Assembly: GCA_964641245.1 (NCBI GenBank)
Contig: CAZXML010000002.1
Location: forward strand, 10,548 to 74,547
Direction: 5' to 3'
Source of the DNA: an uncultured Gammaproteobacteria bacterium
GTDB taxonomy: Bacteria; Patescibacteriota; Patescibacteriia; Magasanikbacterales; GWA2-37-8
DNA: 64,000 nt
The position numbers and the translations under genes were made by a program. The notes under the pieces are model-generated. The model saw only the letters and a program-made list of their open reading frames with translations, searched no databases and had not been told where the DNA came from. Below, one piece after another: positions 57,336 to 64,000 of this stretch; within the stretch, counting starts at the first letter, position 1, and each line of letters opens with the position of its first letter.

Positions 57336-58215
57336 GTATTCTCAAATCGACTCCAACAAACGCCAATCAGTTGTATTGATGATGATTTTTATCGCCGTTA
57401 TTATTGGTCTTGGGTATGTTTTTGATAAAGTTTGGGGAGCTGGCGATTTTAGTTTTGTGATATTCGCGGTGCTTTTGTCTTTTGGGATGACGGCTATTTC
57501 GTATTTTCAGGGCGACAAAATTGCTTTGTGGAACACGGGCGCCAAACCGATTGTGAAAGAAGAAAATGCGTATCTATACCGCATGGTGGAAAATCTTTGC
57601 ATCACTAGCGGCGCACCCACACCGAAAATTTATATCATAGAAGACTCCGCCATAAATGCTTTTGCCACCGGCCGAAAACCGGAAATGGCCTCTATTGCCG
57701 TTACCCGTGGGGCAATAGAAAAACTAACCAACGAAGAATTAGAGGGCGTGCTGGCCCACGAATTATCGCACATAAAAAATTACGATATCCGCTTTATGAC
57801 CCTCGTAGCCGTGCTGGTGGGCTCTATTTCTATACTTTCTCATATATTCTTACGTAGCCACCTACTTCCCCGCCGTAGCAACAGAGAGGGTGGAAATGCC
57901 GGCGCCATCTTTATGCTTATCGGCGTAGTATTAGCCATCCTATCCCCCATCATTGCCGAACTTATTAAACTAGCTATCTCCCGCCGACGCGAATACTTGG
58001 CCGATGCTTCCGGGGCATTATTGACCCGCTATCCAGCGGGCCTCGCTAACGCGCTCGGAAAAATCGCGGCCGAAAACCAACCAATGGCCAATGCCAGCCA
58101 AGCCACAGCCCACCTATTTATCGCCAACCCTTTTGCCGGCAAAAAAATATCTTCACTCTTCTCTACCCACCCTCCTGTACAAGATAGAATTAAGAAACTT
58201 AGAGAAATGGCTTAA
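57334..58215 (+). CDS. htpX: protease HtpX (M48)
   Basis: HELSHIKNYD zinc motif, 4 TM helices. Confidence 0.9.
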   Translation: MYSQIDSNKRQSVVLMMIFIAVIIGLGYVFDKVWGAGDFSFVIFAVLLSFGMTAISYFQGDKIALWNTGAKPIVKEENAYLYRMVENLCITSGAPTPKIYIIEDSAINAFATGRKPEMASIAVTRGAIEKLTNEELEGVLAHELSHIKNYDIRFMTLVAVLVGSISILSHIFLRSHLLPRRSNREGGNAGAIFMLIGVVLAILSPIIAELIKLAISRRREYLADASGALLTRYPAGLANALGKIAAENQPMANASQATAHLFIANPFAGKKISSLFSTHPPVQDRIKKLREMA

Positions 58216-58218
58216 TTT

Positions 58219-58680
58219 ATGTTGTCGGTCAAACCTTTCAGACAATCCGCCGGACTATGCGGACCGGCCAGCCTGAAAATGGTGCTGGAATATTTTGGTG
58301 TAAAAAAATCAGAAAAAGAATTGGCGAAATTATCTAATGCTCATCCACATAATGGAACGACTGCGCAAAATTTGGTAAAGGCGGCCAAAAAACTTGGCTT
58401 CAAAGCCAACTACAAAGATTTTTCTTCGTTAAAAGAAATAAAAAAATATTTGGATAAGAAAATACCAGTCATTGTGGACTGGTTTTCTCATGATGACGGA
58501 CATTATTCGGTGGTGGCCGGTATGGATACAAAATTTATCCACCTGCAAGATCCGGAGTTGGGAAAAATAAACAAAATAGATTTGATTACTTTCCAAAGAG
58601 TTTGGTTTGATTTTGAAGGAGAAAAATTAAATAAAAAACAAGATATCTTCATTCGCCGGCTAATCGTCATCCAGTCTTAA
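58219..58680 (+). CDS. C39-like (papain-fold) cysteine peptidase domain protein
   Basis: QSAGLCGPASLKMVLEYFG (Gln/Cys of C39) and downstream His in DGHYSVVAGMD. Confidence 0.55.
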   Translation: MLSVKPFRQSAGLCGPASLKMVLEYFGVKKSEKELAKLSNAHPHNGTTAQNLVKAAKKLGFKANYKDFSSLKEIKKYLDKKIPVIVDWFSHDDGHYSVVAGMDTKFIHLQDPELGKINKIDLITFQRVWFDFEGEKLNKKQDIFIRRLIVIQS

Positions 58681-58689
58681 CTAGCGAGT

Positions 58690-58811
58690 TCGCGTCTTTG
58701 CTTCCGGACCAAACAATTTATCAAACACCGAAAGCTTGCGCACTGTGCTATGCTCATTTTTTAGAAAAACTTCTCCGGATTCTTTGCCGATTTTTTGTAC
58801 TCATCCGCCAA
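58690..58811 (-). pseudogene. 5'-truncated remnant of a paralog of the 62449-62778 gene
   Basis: ~80% nt identity to 62449-62570; would encode last ~42 codons (…GKESGEVFLKNEHSTVRKLSVFDKLFGPEAKTRTR*) with no start. Confidence 0.6.
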
Positions 58812-58855
58812 TAGAAGATAGAATAAATAAACTTAGAGAGATGGGAGCTTAAATA
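58812..58855 (+). repeat. duplicated copy of htpX 3' terminus
   Basis: aatagaagatagaataaataaacttagagagatgggagcttaa vs htpX end caagatagaattaagaaacttagagaaatggcttaa (58180-58215). Confidence 0.6.
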
Positions 58856-58929
58856 ATATAAAATTTGCTTCAATGCTTTCTAAAGTCTTAGTTGTGGTTG
58901 GCTTATTAATACGCTATTGAAATTAAAAA

Positions 58930-60291
58930 TTAGTTTATTTTCTTTTTTAACGGTATACGCACTACACTATTCTTTGGATCTTTCGGCGGCTCGTACACAC
59001 CGGGCACGTCGCATCGCACGAACATTTTTGATTCACCGCCTCTCACATTTGCCCATTCTTCGTAGGGCGGCCTAAGCGGGATCTTTTTCTGTACATCTTT
59101 CCCGTCCATATCTTTTCGTTCGCCTTTGACCCATAAGGCGTCCCATTCGTCGGCAGTTTTATCACTGCGGCGACTTTGTTTGAATAAATATTCTGCCAAA
59201 CGGCGCGCAAAAGTTGGGTCCTCTTTTAATTTTTCTGCCACTTGTTTTGCTGTTGATTCCGGTATTATGGTATCAACAGCCAAATATTGTCCTCCCCGAT
59301 TAGAATAATCTTTATATGCATATTCCCGTTCATTTCCCGAGTCTTGCGCCAGATAAACAAACCTATAGGCCATTTCATCACTTCCGTTTGCTACCACTTC
59401 CTTTTGAGCCGCGGTTCTTTTTGTAACTGTGGTTTTTGCTTCATCCGGTTTAAAAAGATGTTTCTTTACAACTTCCGTATGATATTCAACAATAACATGG
59501 GGGGCCAAAATTACAGCTTCGTTAACGTCCGCCTGCTTCATGTAATAACTTTGGTCGCTTCTAGCTGTATCTCTTGGCTGTCTAAAAGCGCCCGCAAGTG
59601 AATCCATGGCAAAATTTCTTGGATGATCGTTGCGTCCATATCTGCGGATACCGCGTTTTTGCTGGATTATATCATTAAATCCAGCATTCCCATCCGGTGC
59701 AAAACCATAAGGAAAACTTGTACTTACTCCAGTTCCACCTTGTTGTGCTATGGCAGCCATCAATATTTTTTCACGCGCCTCGGTCTCCTTGGCTTTATCC
59801 GCTTCGGCGTGATGAGAGACAACCACCTCTTTCGCTTGCGCCGCCCGCTCCTGTTTCCATTTTTCAAAATCTTTTCGCTTTCTGAACTTTCCTTCCTCAT
59901 TTTGTTGTAAAAAATTTTCCAATTCTTCGAATGCCTTGATCTCTGCTTGAACAACGTCAAAATCTTCTGCGGAGTAGTCCGCTAGGTTTACATTATGATA
60001 AACATCACTAACATTTTTTCTTAATGTTTCCAAATCACCCTTCGAAAGTTGAACTTCTGTTTTTAACAAATCAATCCTTGTTCGCGCTTGATCTAACATT
60101 TTTTTCCATGTTTTCATTCCAGCCGGCGAATTTTCCTTTATAGCCACATTATGCAAGTCCGTTACCCTATCAATTTCAAATTGAGCAAACTGCAACAATT
60201 CATCAGCTGAAGCCGTTGCCTCTTTTGTCTCTGCTGTAGAAAATTTAAAATCCTTTCCCTTTTCTCCGCTATCGTCATTGTCTGTGGACAT
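58930..60291 (-). CDS. hypothetical protein
   Basis: 453-aa ORF, K/E-rich, no recognised motif. Confidence 0.45.
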   Translation of the reverse strand: MSTDNDDSGEKGKDFKFSTAETKEATASADELLQFAQFEIDRVTDLHNVAIKENSPAGMKTWKKMLDQARTRIDLLKTEVQLSKGDLETLRKNVSDVYHNVNLADYSAEDFDVVQAEIKAFEELENFLQQNEEGKFRKRKDFEKWKQERAAQAKEVVVSHHAEADKAKETEAREKILMAAIAQQGGTGVSTSFPYGFAPDGNAGFNDIIQQKRGIRRYGRNDHPRNFAMDSLAGAFRQPRDTARSDQSYYMKQADVNEAVILAPHVIVEYHTEVVKKHLFKPDEAKTTVTKRTAAQKEVVANGSDEMAYRFVYLAQDSGNEREYAYKDYSNRGGQYLAVDTIIPESTAKQVAEKLKEDPTFARRLAEYLFKQSRRSDKTADEWDALWVKGERKDMDGKDVQKKIPLRPPYEEWANVRGGESKMFVRCDVPGVYEPPKDPKNSVVRIPLKKKIN

Positions 60292-60316
60292 ATAAAAAAA
60301 TTATCAAAAATGTAAT

Positions 60317-61102
60317 TTATTTTTCAAGTTTCTTTAACGCCTCCATGTCGGCTTTTTCAGCAATACTTTCTTTCTCTTCTTGTTCAAAATGACGAACATA
60401 ATCACGCGCTGAATTTACCGAGTAATAAATTCCCATGCCAAACTCGTGGCAAACTGCTTCATAATGCAGCACATCATTTCCATGCTTGGTAAGAAATTCA
60501 ATTTTGAAAGAATCGTTTGGGCGCAAGTCTTCTCCGTCAAAGGAATAAAGAATTTTCCCATCCGGATGGGTTTGTAATATTTTTAAAGCATCACTTTCAA
60601 TACTTAAGCTTCCTCCATAAATTTTTTGTGTTTCCAAAAGCTGTTCTATCTTTCGCTCATTTTCTAAACGTACCAGAAAGTGTTGCTCCATTGCTGTCTC
60701 AACATCTTTACCCTGCTGTTTTTGTCTTGCTAGCTCTTGCATTTCGCGCCGTAAGGCCGCGCGTTTATCATATAATTCTTTTAACTTCCCCACTTCTTCA
60801 AGCGAACCGAATGTTTTCTCTAAATATGAACCCATATCAATTTGACTGCCAACGGGATATTTTTTTCTAAACTCCGCAAGACGCTTATCCAAATCTTGTT
60901 TATGTTCTCTCAAATACTCCGCTTCTTCAGCGGGCAAGGTAGCCAGATACGCATCCCATGATTCGTTATTTATTTTTTCATTATTTTCTTTTCCCTCAAT
61001 TACTGACCCATCTGACATAACTGTAATTGCATTGCGCCTTAACAAAACATATGGCTTGTTTTCTTGGTCTGGAGCTCCAGCGCCTCGTTCCGGGTTGCTC
61101 AT
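60317..61102 (-). CDS. hypothetical protein
   Basis: 261-aa ORF, no recognised motif. Confidence 0.45.
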   Translation of the reverse strand: MSNPERGAGAPDQENKPYVLLRRNAITVMSDGSVIEGKENNEKINNESWDAYLATLPAEEAEYLREHKQDLDKRLAEFRKKYPVGSQIDMGSYLEKTFGSLEEVGKLKELYDKRAALRREMQELARQKQQGKDVETAMEQHFLVRLENERKIEQLLETQKIYGGSLSIESDALKILQTHPDGKILYSFDGEDLRPNDSFKIEFLTKHGNDVLHYEAVCHEFGMGIYYSVNSARDYVRHFEQEEKESIAEKADMEALKKLEK

Positions 61103-61142
61103 AAAATATTTGTATTAAATAAATTAATTTTATTATTTTTTA

Positions 61143-61640
61143 TTAAGACAGCTTGTTAATAAGACCCAAATCTTCCATTTTTTTTCGCCATTTACTGATT
61201 TCTTTTTCTCCTAACCAGCCGTATATATTCCCGATGCCTTGTAACTCTTCCGTCACTTTATCCATAGCGCCAGTATTGCCAGCTTCATCGGCATCTTCAA
61301 AACTTTTATTCAAAGACTGTACTTTTTCGGCAAGACTTAACATATCAACCAATTTGCGGGGTTTACCTTGGCGCAGTTCTGCAAGCGCCTGGTTGCAAAG
61401 AGCTAGAAACATTTCTTTTTCATTATCATACTTCTTTTGTTCTTCTACGATAAATTGATAAGTTTCATCCCGTCTTTGTTTGGCTTCCTCACCCACCGGT
61501 GTTGGTTGATTTTTCGGGCCCGTCATGAGCAACAAACCTTCACCTACCATACCATCGTATTTTTTTGCCTGTCCGACTAATTTTTTAAAGAAAGAATCGA
61601 GTTCGCTGGCGATACCTTCTGGATTTTTTAATTTATCCAT
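61143..61640 (-). CDS. hypothetical protein
   Basis: 165-aa ORF from ATG 61640 (GTG at 61646 alternative). Confidence 0.4.
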   Translation of the reverse strand: MDKLKNPEGIASELDSFFKKLVGQAKKYDGMVGEGLLLMTGPKNQPTPVGEEAKQRRDETYQFIVEEQKKYDNEKEMFLALCNQALAELRQGKPRKLVDMLSLAEKVQSLNKSFEDADEAGNTGAMDKVTEELQGIGNIYGWLGEKEISKWRKKMEDLGLINKLS

Positions 61641-61657
61641 AAGCACATTTACATATC

Positions 61658-62239
61658 TTAATACCTCGTCTTTTTAAACATTCCTATCTTTTTTGCGTCT
61701 TCAACTTTCTTAACAGCCTCATTTTCCCCTATCTGCCTTAACAATTCCAAAAAATCCTCGTCTTTCCATTTTTCATACATTTCGTCGCCTCTTAACCCGG
61801 TGGCAGTACCTCCCCAAGCCATTTCTGCCAACTCCTCCACGGTCGTCGGGTATTCCTGTGGATTTGAGATTTTCTGTTTCTTAAAAATTTCTAATTGTTG
61901 ATTAAAATTACCTGGTAATTCTTTCTTAACTTCAAATTCTGAGGACGACTGTTTGGTCGGCTCTTCCGCTAGCACCTCTTCTATTCCCGATAGTCTTGCT
62001 GGATTAAATCTAAAAGGACGTCCGTAAACTTTTGTTAAACGCACCGCCTCATCTCTTAATTTATTTTCAAATTTTGCCTTTTCATGCAGAACACCCATAG
62101 CATTCTTCTCTCGTGTTTTTTTGAACAATCCTGGCGCATTTTTTATAGCGTCAGATAAAGCTTCTTCGCGTGATTTACTAAATTCTTGGCAGGCGCCAGT
62201 TATATGTTTCCCACCACATATTTTACAAAGATTTTCCAT
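61658..62239 (-). CDS. hypothetical protein with N-terminal CxxC...HxxxC knuckle
   Basis: ATG 62239 (MENLCKICGGKHITGAC...), upstream extension starts with GTG. Confidence 0.4.
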   Translation of the reverse strand: MENLCKICGGKHITGACQEFSKSREEALSDAIKNAPGLFKKTREKNAMGVLHEKAKFENKLRDEAVRLTKVYGRPFRFNPARLSGIEEVLAEEPTKQSSSEFEVKKELPGNFNQQLEIFKKQKISNPQEYPTTVEELAEMAWGGTATGLRGDEMYEKWKDEDFLELLRQIGENEAVKKVEDAKKIGMFKKTRY

Positions 62240-62448
62240 AAAATTGGAGGAAAATTTATTAACACTTTTAATTTTACCCCCCCCCAACACCTATTAGCAA
62301 GAAACTTATCCCCAGTATCACCCATAAATACCTTGTTACATCTTGAAAAGTGCTGAAACATGTGTTGCAATTTGCATTTTAAAGTAACAAAAAAAATAAT
62401 ACGACTACAAAAATCAATAGCCACAAAAGAAATTATTTTGATGCCTAA

Positions 62449-62778
62449 CTACCGATTCCGCGTCTTTGCGTCTGGCCCGAATAATTTATCAAACACCGAA
62501 AGCTTGCGCACGGTGTTTTTTTCATTTTTAAGAAAGACCTCACCAGATTCTTTGCCGATTTTTTGCACGACGTATGCAAAGGCGCGCAAGTCATCACCCA
62601 ATTTTGCCTTAAAAACCATCTTCGGTTTTAATTCTGTTTGTTTTATACGATCAGAAATCTGCAGGCGTTTATTGTAGGCAACATCTTTTTCGTCTTCTTG
62701 ATTTTGTCGTCCAATACTTTCTCGTTTACCCAACCAACGAGAATCAACATTAACTGGTGTGGCGGATTTTTTTGACAT
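62449..62778 (-). CDS. hypothetical small basic protein (has a truncated paralog at 58690-58811)
   Basis: 109-aa ORF. Confidence 0.4.
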   Translation of the reverse strand: MSKKSATPVNVDSRWLGKRESIGRQNQEDEKDVAYNKRLQISDRIKQTELKPKMVFKAKLGDDLRAFAYVVQKIGKESGEVFLKNEKNTVRKLSVFDKLFGPDAKTRNR

Positions 62779-62788
62779 AAAAAATATT

Positions 62789-64000
62789 TTATTCCTGAAT
62801 TAGATTACTAAACTCTTTTACCTTCTCCATCATAACACTTTCGCTCACCGCCTCCAAATTTAACCGCACCACCGGCTCGGTATTACTTAGCCTAACACTC
62901 GCCCAACCCCAGGCAAACTTCATCCACAAACCATCCAAATGAGAAATACTTTCCGCTTCGTCTTTATATTTTTCTTCAATCCGACTAACCACCTCCGCTT
63001 TATCCTCGATATGAAAATTTATCTCTCCGGAATGAAAATATTTTTGGAGCGGAGATACCAATTTACTCAATGGTTTATTCTCCCGCGACAGCATTTGTAA
63101 AACATAAAGCAAAGACAAGTCCGTGCTTTCTACGTCAAACATGTCATTATAATAAAGATGCAATGAAAGCTCGCTCGCATATGCGCCCCCCACTTCTTTA
63201 AGCATTTTTTTAATATTGGCGTGCCCAACTTTGCACATTTCTACAGTCGCGCCATGCGCTTGCCAAACTTCGGGAACAATCATGCTGGAACGCACATCAT
63301 ACAACATTTTTGCTTTCGGATGATTGCGTAAAACTTCCAAACCAACCAACGCGCCCACAAAAGAAGCATCAACCACAACTCCATTTTCATCCACCAAACC
63401 AATCCTGTCGGCGTCTCCATCTAAAGCAAAACCAAAATCAGCGCCAATGTCCACTACTTTTTTTTGTAAATCAATTAAGGTTTCCACTTTCAGCGGATTG
63501 GCTTCATGATTAGGAAAGTTTCCGTCCGGCTCCAAATATAAATATTCCACGGTTACCGGCAAATTTTTTAAAACTTCCGGAATAGTAACTTTGGCCATGC
63601 CATTGCCGGCGTCAATTACAATTTTCATTGGGCGAATGGAATCCGACGAAACAACGGAAAAAACTTTTTTTAAATAATCGGCCAGCACATCTTTTTTAGG
63701 AAAATCATCCGCTGAATCTTTGTAATCAAAATTGGAATTTATAACCAACTCTTTTATCTCGCCCATCCCGGTTGCCTCGCCTACCGGCAAACCATCGCCC
63801 AAAGTTATTTTAAAACCATTATACTGGGCCGGATTGTGACTGGCAGTAATCATAACACCACCGGCATGCTGGGCGTAATTGGCGCAGGCAAAATTAAATA
63901 AAGGAGTGGAAACCAACCCAATATCCACCACCGCCACATTTTCATCCTTTACCCCTTGCATTAGAGCTTGTTGCAAAGCGGGGCTGGTACCGCGCATATC
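62789..64000 (-). CDS. phosphoglucomutase/phosphomannomutase family protein, 5'-truncated by window edge
   Basis: active-site TASHNP (ITASHNPAQYNGFK), Mg-binding DGDADR, sugar-binding region; N-terminal ~50 aa lie beyond 64000. Confidence 0.85.
   Translation of the reverse strand, partial: DMRGTSPALQQALMQGVKDENVAVVDIGLVSTPLFNFACANYAQHAGGVMITASHNPAQYNGFKITLGDGLPVGEATGMGEIKELVINSNFDYKDSADDFPKKDVLADYLKKVFSVVSSDSIRPMKIVIDAGNGMAKVTIPEVLKNLPVTVEYLYLEPDGNFPNHEANPLKVETLIDLQKKVVDIGADFGFALDGDADRIGLVDENGVVVDASFVGALVGLEVLRNHPKAKMLYDVRSSMIVPEVWQAHGATVEMCKVGHANIKKMLKEVGGAYASELSLHLYYNDMFDVESTDLSLLYVLQMLSRENKPLSKLVSPLQKYFHSGEINFHIEDKAEVVSRIEEKYKDEAESISHLDGLWMKFAWGWASVRLSNTEPVVRLNLEAVSESVMMEKVKEFSNLIQE

Overview
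The window is a low-GC (~40%), gene-dense bacterial segment with mostly short intergenic regions and a minus-strand housekeeping backbone (rsmA/ksgA, tsaC, prfB, groES-groEL, yidC, nusA, leuS, trxA, infB, truB, rny, hup, a sigma-70 factor, tsaD, dnaE, pheST, rseP, lemA, htpX, and a partial phosphoglucomutase at the 3' edge). It has two tRNAs and no rRNA or CRISPR. An intact single-ORF RF2 and UGA used as a stop codon indicate the standard genetic code. The gene content (split ComEC, many small lineage-specific hypotheticals) fits a reduced-genome or CPR/Patescibacteria-like organism, but this is inference.

The main findings are:
- (a) A defense island next to tRNA-Glu. It holds an MmeI-family Type IIG RM enzyme and a tightly coupled, unclassified two-gene operon: an OLD/GajA-like ABC-ATPase+Toprim nuclease followed by an Mrr-nuclease/STAND-NTPase/helical-sensor protein. 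The operon is bracketed by ~100-bp direct repeats. An HTH-XRE+Panacea (DUF4065) antitoxin-like gene and a DUF1508 gene sit alongside.
- (b) At least seven families of palindromic repeat elements, 70-135 bp. Many copies are inserted in-frame inside essential genes (rsmA, tsaC, leuS twice, truB two to three times, tsaD, dnaE, an O-antigen-ligase-like gene), and some are nested inside one another. This resembles Rickettsia RPE-like elements.
- (c) LeuS carries a ~210-aa HAD-phosphatase-like domain inserted in-frame after the editing domain.
- (d) A GC-rich (~55-58%) two-gene cassette with a consensus sigma70 promoter and an intrinsic terminator.
- (e) A rearrangement scar at the htpX 3' end (duplicated htpX terminus plus a gene-remnant) beside a C39-like peptidase, and a GxxExxY gene with inverted repeats sitting between lemA and htpX.
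- (f) A five-gene operon of unrecognisable K/E-rich hypotheticals.
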